Source of the DNA: Massalongia carnosa
Lineage: Eukaryota
Reading direction: 5' to 3'
Assembly (NCBI GenBank): GCA_965645245.1
Contig: OZ287082.1
Location: 186,001 to 250,000 of the forward strand
Length of the DNA: 64,000 nt
How positions within the stretch are numbered: position 1 is the stretch's first letter; each line of letters begins with the position of its first letter. A model generated the notes under the pieces. That model searched no databases. It had not been told where the DNA came from and saw nothing but the letters and a program-made list of their open reading frames with translations. The position numbers were made by a program, and so were the translations under genes. Positions 25,001 through 34,533 of the stretch are shown piece after piece.

Positions 25001-25106
25001 AGATGGGAAACGAACTGCTAAGTTCATAGCGACTTCCGATCCTGGTAGCAAACTCCATACAGCAGAGGACCTGTTTCCGGAGAACCGAGACGAAACTTTA
25101 AACTAG
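22050..25106 (+). CDS. gag: Gypsy-2 gag-protease ORF (true start uncertain; ATGs at 22086 and 22734)
   Basis: PFFQGKNVSEFL..YE gag motif, knuckle CNYCGEKVLHDRRRDC, aspartic protease LLDSGAEVN...LVLGQPY; ends at slippery T TTA AAC (25097-25103). Confidence 0.9.
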   Translation: MRQWQKYSVPTDMGPERYRIPARRLASVGNRETKRHGVDIKVASFPSDGRISQPFHSTHSYNSYQTSYSPVDNTERESRAHCYNRQRLHTEAAPAPLHHRHFDLPPPYQTHTCPCLSYHCFKPTKQAPIGHSSAGETYTHHPVSHCHPYYCQPSSHIPTSDDKETTTSQLTKIVTNLIPLLEQLVISVRNTNEARTRTDSPAPPASRDSPSTIIPTTEGQPSHEAESTMTTPSSTSPESFGNRPAMSAGPFGFVMTMPQPGTPGTPFFQGKNVSEFLSRYEDMCEDYHVGNNEKIRRLPRYCDMLIGQTIESLPDFVERRWTQLSKVMKKEYKAGDSIQQVNSRPFLESYKDKVRTSDDDVRNFCRKFGAISKALISQEKLDIYTRNQWFMQGLPADIREELFFRRGVDFDDNVMKDFDGLVKKTLTLVEARMKYKEVMRTEKSVTDKYSALADQFDKKIVLDGHENIMNSLSPPVADSTTVSLSKSTEKTIMDLTNKFDALVLATGAQMRPANQNSHQSQQSRNRSQSPHRQSSYDGQRQQHDHQYGSDESCNYCGEKVLHDRRRDCPDFDADQRNGVIHLNEKGLLCLGPMGTYSNPIRHLPGVTQKESIRRAKMLANQFSQAGQNAEVHTVRIGEDSADDFSSDEEWDPEVTIIEHTTSINSARTENNKPAEENWKEPAKRILKRRAEREDHFAVPKAPRYGNWSPLPTSVERRNDSLDQSKPTDRASAAEPRVTFADPIEEDVEMTEAGLAGKGGGKKKPGTGVLRAPIRGEVRDAIEKIGAEEFLKIARREFNVDLIQGRYLQSLAAGTGGLTNGNIIAMLPMFKSVVNKVTRNTEAERQDGPTVKIGSIGIRDPLLRRAYTRSTPKAKVRVGDGGRYKSLLDSGAEVNVMTYDVAKREGLAMRPYPNINLISHTGHRKEFLGVCENVEVDIGGVASLNHIFVIDAADHQLVLGQPYLHQMRVGLDYRNNEVECTIHAEDGKRTAKFIATSDPGSKLHTAEDLFPENRDETLN

Positions 25107-28100
25107 CTAGCCACCATGTGCAGAACAGGTCCATGGCTGGTAGCAGTAATAAAAACCTGGAGAGAGCGAAAGTGTCGAGTTTTAGGGTTGGACTATCGGA
25201 GAATAAATCTTCCATTCCATTTAACAGGCCCGGCCTATTAAATCAAATAGCCCTAACTCCTACAGCGACTAGTGCGGAAGAGGCGGCGATGGACCACTAT
25301 GTTCGCGCCTTCACACCGTCGCGTGCAATTGGCTCGGTCGGACTTTCGGCTCTGAGGTTTTCTCGGAAATTCGACATGTACACGATCAATCAGAACAGGG
25401 TGTTCGGGCGACGGAGTAGTGTGAGAGTTGATACGGCATACAAACGGAAGGCAGTCAAGGTTCGACCAGTGAATTCTGACCAGTCGGATGGCACCATACC
25501 TGGTGGAATAGCAGATTGGAAAGCGAAGGCGCTAGAGAAAGAGAGAGGCCTACCAAAGTCAGAAAAGTTCCCTGATTGGCTAATTCCAAAGTTCTCGACA
25601 ATATTCAAAGGCTCACGATTGACACCGGAACGGCTGCAGCGAATGACAGTGGGCGACAGTATGACGTCTGCTGAGAAAGAAGTGTTGACCCAGATGTTAT
25701 ACAACCGAGAAGCAGCGCTGTCATGGGAGTTTTCCGAGATGGGCAGAGTCAAACCTGAGGTGTCTCCACCATGTAAAATCAACACTATTCCACATGAGGC
25801 ATGGCAGACCCCATCATTCCCATTGCCAAGGGCCCTGGTACCGATGGTGATAGAGATGCTGAAGGACCGACTGCAGCGAGGAACGTTGGAACCTTGTCAT
25901 GGTCCCTATCGAAATCCATGGTTCATAGTGAAGAAGAAAGAGAAAAATAAGTACCGATTAATTAATGCGGCCCTAGACATGAACAAAGTGACCATCCGAG
26001 ACGCAAATCTGCCACCTTCGGTAGACGAATTCTCAGAGGACTTTGCTGGCTGCCACATCGCTTCCTTGATCGACTTGTTTTCAGGATATGACCAAATGGA
26101 ACTCGATGTTCATAGTCGAGACATGACCGCCTTCATGACACCAATAGGACTATTGCGAATGACATCTATACCAATGGGAGCTACCAATTCGGTTGCACAG
26201 TTCGTACGGGTAGTGACAAAGATACTGCAGGACCACATTCCGAACCGTGCTAAACCTTTCCTTGATGACATCGGAGTGAAGGGGCCGAAGACTGATTATG
26301 GTGGTGAAGAAGTGGCACCGGGCATCAGAAAGTACGTGCTTGAACATCTCATGTGGCTAGATGGGGTACTCGCGGACATAGAAAGGGCTGGATGCACTAT
26401 CTCCGGAGAAAAGTCGCAATTTTGCATGGCCGGTCTGAAGATAGTAGGATTTGTGACCGACTCCGATGGTAGACATCCGGACACCGCTAAGGTTATCAAA
26501 ATTCTAGAGTGGCCGATATGCACCGACGCTTCTTCCGCTCGTGCTTTTATAGGTGTGTGTGTGTACTATCGCATATGGATATTGGACTTTGCCATTGTTG
26601 CTGAACCAATATATCGTCTGCTGAAGAAAGATGCTGCTTTTGTATGGGGCATGGAACAAACCGAGGCAATGGACTTGCTGAAGATAGCTCTGACATCTCC
26701 GCCAGCACTAAAGACCATTGACTATAGCGAGCTAGCTGGACTTATCATATTGGCTGTGGATGCGAGTTTGAAAGGATGGGGCGCTGTACTGATGCAAATC
26801 TTTGATGGCAAGCGTCACCCCATTCGGTACGAAAGCGGAGTATGGAGCGAGGTGGAACAGCGATATGATGCAACCAAGCGAGAGTGTCGAGGCGTTCTAA
26901 AGGCATTGAAAAAGACAAGGCACTGGCTATATGGAGTTCACTTTGTGTTGGAGACAGACGCCAACGTCCTAGTGGCGCAATTGAATGGAGCTTGTACCGA
27001 TTTGCCTGGTGCTCTGATAGTCCGATGGATAGCATGGATACGACTGTTTGACTTCGAGGTCAAACATGTTGCTGGCCGAAAACATACGGCAGCAGATGGA
27101 CTGTCTAGACGACCTCATACTGAGGAAGAAATTCGGGCCGAACAGCAGGAGCAAGACATAGACGACTTCATAGATGCCGAACTGAATTCACTAAGGGCCT
27201 GTCCAATTTCCGTTAACTCCGCAGACGAGGTGCCAGACGAAAAAGTGCTAAAGGCCGGATATAGTGATAAGTCCGAGAGAATCGCTGCATTTCTAACATC
27301 ACTACAAAAGCCGGTTGGACTAAACCGCAAAGAGTTTAGAGCGTTTAAGAGCGAGGCCTTGCGCTATCGAGTACAAGATGGCCATCTTTATAGACGAAAC
27401 AGCAAGAACGTACCTTCCAGGAGAGTGATAGACTCCGATGAGCGGAAGTTGGAAATATTGAAACAGCTGCATGACGAAAGTGGACATAGAGGCAGAGAGG
27501 GCACATACAGACGCATAGCAGACAGGTACTGGTGGGAACAATTGCACGATGATGTAAAAGGCTATGTTCGGTCCTGCGAGGAATGTCAGAAACGTGACCC
27601 CACTAGGCTCGAGGAAGCACTTCATCCGACATGGGTTACCTTCATGTGGCAGAAGGTTGGCTTAGACGTGGTCCACATGCCAGCTTGTCGAGGCAAGCAC
27701 TATATTGTTATGGCCAGAGATGACTTTTCCGGATGGGTCGAGGGTAGAGCACTAGGAAAAGCTACCGCTCAGAATGTCGCGAGATTCTTGTGGGAAGATG
27801 TTATATGCAGACATGGGTGCTTCGGAAAACTGATTGTTGATGGTGGACCAGAAAACAAAGATGCTGTTATCGAATTAGCAAATCGATATGGTATCAAAAG
27901 AGTAGTTGTTTCTGCCTATCATCCGCAAGCCAATGGCATGATAGAACGGGGACATCGGCCAGTTGTTCAAGCATTATCCAAAATGACAAATGGAGGCATG
28001 GGCAAATGGGTTGATAATCTTCCTGCAGTACTATGGGCCGACCGTACAACAGTTCGTGCTAGCACCGGCAACACACCTTTCTATCTGAATAGCGGCAATG

Positions 28101-28624
28101 AGGCTGTTCTACCAATTGAACTGGAAATTCCAACATGGAGAATATTACCATGGAATGAAGTTCATACAACAGACGAATTGCTAGCTATGCGTGCGAGACA
28201 AATACAGCGAAGGGATGAAGACATGGAAGAGACAGCTTTATTCCTGCAAAGACAAAGAATGGAAGGCAAAGAGACCTTTGACACTCTGAACAATCTGAGA
28301 TCAATTGAACTCACCGAGGGTCAATTAATTCTTTTGCACGACACTAAATTAGACAATCAGCACACAGGCAAACTAACGTTCAGGTGGTTGGGACCATATA
28401 AAATTCAACAAACAATTGTTGATAAGGGAACTTACAAACTATGTGAACTAGACGGCACCCTATTAGCTGGAACCTTTGCAGGAAATCGACTGAAACCATT
28501 TCATGCTCGGCAAAATATTAACTTACCTCCGATAGAAGAACCTGAGCAACATAATAGTCAGGGGCCGACTATAAACCATGGGGGGGACGAGGACGACCGA
28601 CAGTCCATGATTCCACCTAGCTAG
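25097..28624 (+). CDS. pol: Gypsy-2 pol (RT-RNaseH-IN), -1 frame relative to gag
   Basis: DLFSGYDQ, PMGATNS, FLDD, VDAS, ETDA, GHRG...CEEC, LDVV, VDGGPEN, NGMIERGH; no chromodomain seen. Confidence 0.95.
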   Translation, partial: FKLASHHVQNRSMAGSSNKNLERAKVSSFRVGLSENKSSIPFNRPGLLNQIALTPTATSAEEAAMDHYVRAFTPSRAIGSVGLSALRFSRKFDMYTINQNRVFGRRSSVRVDTAYKRKAVKVRPVNSDQSDGTIPGGIADWKAKALEKERGLPKSEKFPDWLIPKFSTIFKGSRLTPERLQRMTVGDSMTSAEKEVLTQMLYNREAALSWEFSEMGRVKPEVSPPCKINTIPHEAWQTPSFPLPRALVPMVIEMLKDRLQRGTLEPCHGPYRNPWFIVKKKEKNKYRLINAALDMNKVTIRDANLPPSVDEFSEDFAGCHIASLIDLFSGYDQMELDVHSRDMTAFMTPIGLLRMTSIPMGATNSVAQFVRVVTKILQDHIPNRAKPFLDDIGVKGPKTDYGGEEVAPGIRKYVLEHLMWLDGVLADIERAGCTISGEKSQFCMAGLKIVGFVTDSDGRHPDTAKVIKILEWPICTDASSARAFIGVCVYYRIWILDFAIVAEPIYRLLKKDAAFVWGMEQTEAMDLLKIALTSPPALKTIDYSELAGLIILAVDASLKGWGAVLMQIFDGKRHPIRYESGVWSEVEQRYDATKRECRGVLKALKKTRHWLYGVHFVLETDANVLVAQLNGACTDLPGALIVRWIAWIRLFDFEVKHVAGRKHTAADGLSRRPHTEEEIRAEQQEQDIDDFIDAELNSLRACPISVNSADEVPDEKVLKAGYSDKSERIAAFLTSLQKPVGLNRKEFRAFKSEALRYRVQDGHLYRRNSKNVPSRRVIDSDERKLEILKQLHDESGHRGREGTYRRIADRYWWEQLHDDVKGYVRSCEECQKRDPTRLEEALHPTWVTFMWQKVGLDVVHMPACRGKHYIVMARDDFSGWVEGRALGKATAQNVARFLWEDVICRHGCFGKLIVDGGPENKDAVIELANRYGIKRVVVSAYHPQANGMIERGHRPVVQALSKMTNGGMGKWVDNLPAVLWADRTTVRASTGNTPFYLNSGNEAVLPIELEIPTWRILPWNEVHTTDELLAMRARQIQRRDEDMEETALFLQRQRMEGKETFDTLNNLRSIELTEGQLILLHDTKLDNQHTGKLTFRWLGPYKIQQTIVDKGTYKLCELDGTLLAGTFAGNRLKPFHARQNINLPPIEEPEQHNSQGPTINHGGDEDDRQSMIPPS

Positions 28625-29041
28625 CCAATGGCAGTAGTGATTCCTAGCAGACGTACTGATGCGATGGAGACGGTGGAAAATTGACATATCCGACTACCTA
28701 TATCGAACGAATTTCCTTAGTAAAATGCATATTGTCAGCGGAGGAAGCACACGAACCTTCGGAATAGTTTCATTTCACACTTACCAAAATTCACCGAAAA
28801 CTTCACCAACCTTAGTCGAAATTGCCATCTTCCGAATCCTCACCTCCATGTTTTACCTTTTCCATACTACCAGAACTCAGCAAATTATCTAGCTTTTACT
28901 ACCTACCTGATCAGCACATATACTATCTTCCTATCAGCAAACATCTCTGCTAAGCTCAACTTCTTATCTAAGCGAAAGTCAGCAAGCTACTCGATAACTT
29001 GGAACAATTTATCTTACCTTACTTGCCTTACATCTTTTGGC

Positions 29042-29557
29042 ATGTCTTTCCAATTAGTCATTGTCCTAGGAAATGACCGCTTCCACCGCATGACAGACGC
29101 ACTAGCTTTTCTTGAGACATTGACCCCAGCAGACCGATACGAGGGACAGAGGACCATAGAATCGCAGCTAATAGAGTTCCAGCATATGCTAGGGGATAGC
29201 ATAGTGGACTATTATGACTATGTCATACAGAATGATGCCTGGGCCTCGGTGATGAAAGAAGAAGAGTTCAAAGCTCAACGAGAAGATGTTATTGAGGAGG
29301 TGGATATGGCCCAACTGTCACGGACAGTTGGAGAATGGAGGAATCGGACACTAAAGGAGGCCATTATTATGTTTCAGCATGTGAAGAAAGCAGAGGAAGA
29401 GGACTTTGGGACTAGGTCATCTTTTCGGTTAAAGCGAGAGTCACATGGCAGGCCTATTCCTCACATCTCTGATGACATTGATACGACTCCGGGACCCGAG
29501 CTGGATGAGGAGGAGTTAGTGTTTGCTGAGGCCGGAATGAAGCGAACACTGGAGTAG
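29042..29557 (+). CDS. Gypsy-2 extra ORF3, 171-aa acidic hypothetical protein
   Basis: ATG-initiated sense ORF between pol and the PPT; protein-like, helical and acidic composition. Confidence 0.55.
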   Translation: MSFQLVIVLGNDRFHRMTDALAFLETLTPADRYEGQRTIESQLIEFQHMLGDSIVDYYDYVIQNDAWASVMKEEEFKAQREDVIEEVDMAQLSRTVGEWRNRTLKEAIIMFQHVKKAEEEDFGTRSSFRLKRESHGRPIPHISDDIDTTPGPELDEEELVFAEAGMKRTLE

Positions 29558-30099
29558 GAACAGTGATAGGTGTCAGGGGTCGACACCTAAAGAGAGAGGG
29601 GAACTATGTAGGGGGGTGGAGCGGTGATACTCTAAATTCAAATTGCTAGCGGTTCGGGAGTTGGTTCTTTTCGGCTGATACTCGGTAAAGGTAGAGGGGA
29701 AGTCAGGTGACAGTCTTTCTTTTAGTTTAGTTATAGATAGTTCTTTTCCTTTTAGAGCAAGCATGCTCGTAGCAATAGCTACACAACACATAGCATCAAC
29801 ACATACAGTTCACAGGCACGAGGCACGAGGCACGAGGCATACAGAGACCAGTCTAGCTATTGTCCTTATTCTATTGTTCTGTTCTTCTCTTGTTTGTTTG
29901 TTCTCTTGCACTCCTAGCAGTAGTGGACCACGCACACCACCCAGTTCATCCTTCCACACCGTAGGTAGACAATTAAGGTTAAGGTCGGTCGCCTGGACCA
30001 GCTCGTGTGTCGCTCTTCCGCGCTTCTGTGGTCTAACCGTATTGGGCTTAGGATGCTATTCAGGAGGCATATAGGAAATCTCTGCAAGCAGCAATGATT

Positions 30100-30269
30100 T
30101 GTAACGGTTCGACCAAGCGTGGTACGGACGGCAGGACCTACAGCGAACATAGCAGGAGTCCCAGTTATAGTAGAATAGAGCTTGGTCTGCGGACTAAGTA
30201 TTGTGCCTTTTGGTCGGGAGGACAGGTGGCGCAATGGTAGAAATCTATTCACTATCTCGCTTCGTCACA
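30100..30269 (+). mobile_element. Solo LTR family D (170 bp)
   Basis: TGTAAC...GTCACA, TSD TGATT; three copies in the window. Confidence 0.93.
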
Positions 30270-30730
30270 TGATTTTCTCTTCGCGTTTGTCTTTCTAGCT
30301 ATTATGTATCATAATTTATAATAAAACACTGTTCACAACCTTGATAGGACCAATCCCTAGACCGTGATATTGAACGTTTTTGCGATTTCGTCATCAATCT
30401 GTTCTTGCGCCTGCAAAATTTCCGCTGAATTTTTCAACAATTGTAATCTTTTCGAATAATTCACGATATTTTTTAACTTTCTCGCACAAGTCTTAATTTT
30501 ATTTGTTGTGATTATTTGAAAACGGATTTTTTGGATTCAATACAAAAATGTTTACAAAAGCAATTATTAAAGTTGAAAGAAAACTTTCGTAGATAGTGTG
30601 GTGGGGCGACATGTGTCATCTATGGTCAGGTGACATGGCAGGCCTGTATAGGGATAAAACGGGTTTTTTGTTGGCGTTTTCTTCATTATCTCCGGACATC
30701 ATCTTCTATCACCTACGCTGTCATCATAAT

Positions 30731-31154
30731 TGTCAGGGGAGGGCTGGAGAGATACAAGACTCTATCTTGCAGAACGGATATCTAGATATGCTAAAACTAG
30801 AAGGTGAGAATAATACACAAGACTTCCGATGAAGAGCTCTAAACACCTGGGAAACCACATAGACTTTATAGCCATGGCTTTCAACTCTCCTATTCTCGAC
30901 TTGCCCCGTCTCTGTTCCTGTACTAATTTCCTTAACATGATTGCTTTGACCTATCCCGCCTTTATCTGTGCTGAAGCACTCTCAGTCATAAGCTTGGATA
31001 GTGGAGACGTTGAGATTGGATACGGATTGTAGGAGATTGATAGTGCGCTGAGGGCGGCAGAAGAACGCCTGAGCACGATGGATGACAGCAATGGGCCCTG
31101 TTAAATACTAACCCGATCAGGACAAGCGGGAGGGTGCGAAGCGATTCCGTGACA
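30731..31154. mobile_element. Solo LTR family C (424 bp)
   Basis: TGTCA...TGACA, TSD ATAAT. Confidence 0.93.
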
Positions 31155-31711
31155 ATAATCGTCGTGTCACATAGTCATCGAAACACGTTCATTTCGTGCT
31201 TCAACTAGTCGTTCAGTCGTTCGGTCGTCGAGTTCTTTTCATGTCTATGTAGTCGTAGGTCCATTCAGATGATTGTGTATAGGTATGTGTTCACTGCTCA
31301 GTTCGCTATCTATCATCACGTACCACCACCTTCCATTAGCACGCACGACTACCCTACTCCAATAGTTTTTAAATTTAGTAAATAATATAGATTTGTTATA
31401 AATTTTCGATAACGAAAATCACGAAAAATTCGTCGAATTTTTTCTAAAATTGATAAACTTTCAAGTTTATCAAAAGGTAGTATAGTAGATAGAGGATAGA
31501 ACGCTTGCTATAGTTCTATATAGTGGGAATAGCTAGATTTATATACAATGTACGGTTTGCTAGTATTAGACTAGCGATACGTCTAGCCATTAGTGTGCGC
31601 CATTCTCGTGCGGCTTAAATGAAGTAGCCTGATTTTTACATTCTAATAAAGTTATCGTCAATTTTTAATAAAAAAATCAAATCGTAATATTAAAAGTCAA
31701 GATGTTATATT

Positions 31712-31882
31712 TGTAACGGTTCGACCAAGCGTGGTACGGACGGCAGGACCTACAGCGAGCATAGCAGGAGTCCCAGTTATAGTAGGATAGAGCTTGGTCT
31801 GCGGACTAAGTATTGTGCCTTTTGGTCGGGAAGGACAGGTGGTGCAATGGTAGAAATCTATTCACTATCTCGCTTCGTCACA
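31712..31882 (+). mobile_element. Solo LTR family D
   Basis: Homolog of 30100-30269; TSD ATATT. Confidence 0.93.
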
Positions 31883-32244
31883 ATATTTTTAGCTTATCTT
31901 ATGTAATCGTCGGCTAGTCGCTCGCTTAATCCTCTCCCTCCAAGAAGCATTCGCTTCTAGTCGGGAAAGCAAACTTCGTAGGAAAGCGAAGCTTCGTAGG
32001 CTCGCAACGTTAAACCACCATCACATCACTAAAGCACCACCGCATCATTTAAATTACTATCACTTTTACTATTACATTATTATATTATTATCACATCATA
32101 AATCATTGCTATCTATATCTACAATGGATTCTGTATCCTTACAAACACGTATTAGTGATGCTAAACTATTCTTGTTGGAAAATCCTGACGAACGAACTGC
32201 ATGCGCAGCTCAGATATTCAAAATTCGGCCTACAACGTTGTACA

Positions 32245-32731
32245 TGTCATGAAATGCATCCGACCTCACCACGTGCCTCTATCACGTGCCTTAATCTGAT
32301 GACTACTCACGGACGTCGTGCCATGCCTTCGGGACCCTCATATCATTCTTCGAATTCGCCGATTACTGATCATTAATCAGCCTCGCATTGATGATTTATT
32401 CCCGTCTTTCGACTATTATCATGTCTAATAGCTTCGCATTGATGTTTGACATCTCACGTCTCCTCGCTGACCCCATCGTGCTTATTGCCGCTATAATGCC
32501 CCTCATTCATCATCGCACTGACTAGACATCATTCGCCGCCACCCTAGAAAGATGAATATGGGAGGACAAAGATATAAGAAAGAAGTCGAATCATGGAAGT
32601 TCTGATTCTTTGTCGAACGTCTTGAATAGCCAACCTAGCCTAGCCTAGATTCATAGCTATAGACTCAATCAATAAGCTTGACCATCAACCCACCTTGCCT
32701 TTGCCCTTGCCCTCGACCTGATTTCGTGACA
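32245..32731 (+). mobile_element. Solo LTR (487 bp), related to the Gypsy-1 LTR
   Basis: TGTCATGAAAT...ATTTCGTGACA, TSD GTACA; splits the transposase HTH region. Confidence 0.92.
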
Positions 32732-33499
32732 GTACAGCTCTATTGCTACTGATAAGAAATCTCCTTTTTCTGATATGAAATCTTCTTCTAACGAAATCTT
32801 CTTCCAGTTCAAAAAGTGCAAGAGGTGGACAAAACAAGATACTTGAGGAGCATCAAGTAAAAGCGATTCATAACTTTATTCGATCCTTACTTGCACAAGG
32901 TATTCCACCATCGCACGGAGTTGTATTCAATGCAATTGTCAGTTTAAAACGCGGGCAAAATCCTGAGTCGAGTGGACCTACTCTACGCTGGTTCAGAACA
33001 TGGTGGACAAAGAATAACCTGCACAAGATCAAGACTAAGCCATTAGCAATGATACGATTCACCGCTGTAAAAGAGAAGGATATACAAGCATGGTTTGTAG
33101 ATTATAGACAAGCTTTAAAGACGTTACAGATCAAAACAAAGAAGAATATTGTCAATTTCGATGAGACAGGCTTTCGTGTTGGGTGTATGAAAGGGCATCA
33201 AATTCTAGCACCCACAAACGTATTAGAAGTTAGATTCTTTATTCTTATTCATTTATTCAGCAAGTTAAATATATATTTTAGTTTTATGCGATAAGTCCTG
33301 AAAATCGTAAATCTCTCACGATATTTGAATGCATCAATGCAGCGGGCGACTATCCTCCACCACCTTTAATTCTTATACAAGGACATGAAATCATGATGGA
33401 CTGGTTTCAAAAGATCAGCCAAAGGGAACTCGAATTATACCTTCAGAAAACGGATTTACCTCCGACAAGATAGCACAGGTGTTTCTTCAGCTTTATATT

Positions 33500-33830
33500 T
33501 GTTTAAAATAGGAGGGATGGATGGAGAATGATGGACCCAATGCACAGAAAATAGGTGGCAGAGTGCCAGAAGTCTCTGGATAGTACAGAACTTCTATGAA
33601 TGAAATAATTCAGATTATTGCGACTGATCTCTAAGCTATGCGTAGGAGTGATTTTATATACACATGATCACAGAACATTCGAGATTCTCCTCGAACGTCT
33701 ATAGACCTGAATTTCTAAGCATCGAAGATACCAGAAATTCTCAGATGTAACCATTCCCATATCAGTAAAATACGCGAGGGCATTCGCATATTACGTCAGA
33801 TATGATCTAGCTGGCTTGGCATTCGCAACA
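33500..33830. mobile_element. Solo LTR (331 bp)
   Basis: TGTT...AACA, TSD ATATT; transposase homology resumes after it. Confidence 0.88.
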
Positions 33831-34357
33831 ATATTGATCATTCAGACTCTGGACCAGAAGCAGACTGGAAAATAATGCTCATGGATAATCATGGCAGTCA
33901 TTGTACTCCTGAGTTCATAGCTCTTGCTAATAAAATCACATTCGTCCTTATCCGCTTATACCGCATCTTACACACTGTATGCAGCCGCTTGATGTTGGAG
34001 TATTTCAACCTTATAAACACTGGCATGATATGGCAATTCAAGATGCTCTACTGGAATTCAATGTTGAGTATACATTACAGCGATTTCTTGCGGATCTTAG
34101 TAAGATACGTGTTAAATGGCGGCTGCTCCTTGATACCCCGACATTTAGCGTCACGGGGGGTAATCGCTTAATCGGCGCTAAGCCGGTTCATTGAACACGG
34201 AGAGGAAATTTCAATGAGCCCCTTACTGTGTAACTAGACAATATAGTCAATGCGATCACCTGCGATGAGATACTCCTTTTAACTGGTTATGAGCCCGGCT
34301 AGCAAGCGGCTTCCGAATCAGAGAAGGATACAACTCTTCGCAAAAAACTCGCTATCC

Positions 34358-34506
34358 CGGCAGCTTGACTACGGGTCCTTTGGTTGGAAAAATCAGCACT
34401 CCGGCAGCTTGACTACGGATCTCTTTGGTAGGGAAAAATCAGCATCTCGGCAGCTTACTACGAGTCTTTTGATAGGAAGAATTAGCATTTCGGCAGCTTG
34501 ATACGG
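34358..34506 (+). repeat. About 3.4 copies of a 43-46 bp repeat in the Copia leader
   Basis: CGGCAGCTTGACTACG...AATCAGCA units. Confidence 0.85.
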
Positions 34507-34533
34507 AAACAAGCACAAATCACAAATTACAAA

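Larger units (their letters stand above)
21197..29958 (+). mobile_element. Full-length non-chromoviral Ty3/Gypsy element (Gypsy-2)
   Basis: 352-bp LTRs identical by eye (21197-21548, 29607-29958), TG..CA, 4-bp TSD CCGT, PBS, PPT AAAGAGAGAGGGGAA before the 3' LTR. Confidence 0.97.
32124..34109 (+). pseudogene. pogo/Fot1-type transposase (pogo-2) with a spliceosomal intron, interrupted by two solo LTRs and truncated at the Copia/LINE junction
   Basis: ATG 32124 MDSVSLQTRI..IFKIRPTTLY, RGGQNKIL, NFDETGFRVG, intron 33229-33281, SPENRKSLTIFECINAAG, MDNHGSH, QPLDVGVFQPYKH. Confidence 0.88.

Noticed and set aside
28622..28685. Readthrough of the Gypsy-2 pol stop
   Set aside because: Adds only about 20 codons with no motif; cannot tell a premature stop from the natural end.
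21149..30337. TGTGAAC...GTTCACA as a host solo LTR around Gypsy-2
   Set aside because: Inverted termini are present but flanks (CATAA/ACCTT) give no TSD and there is no second copy in the window.
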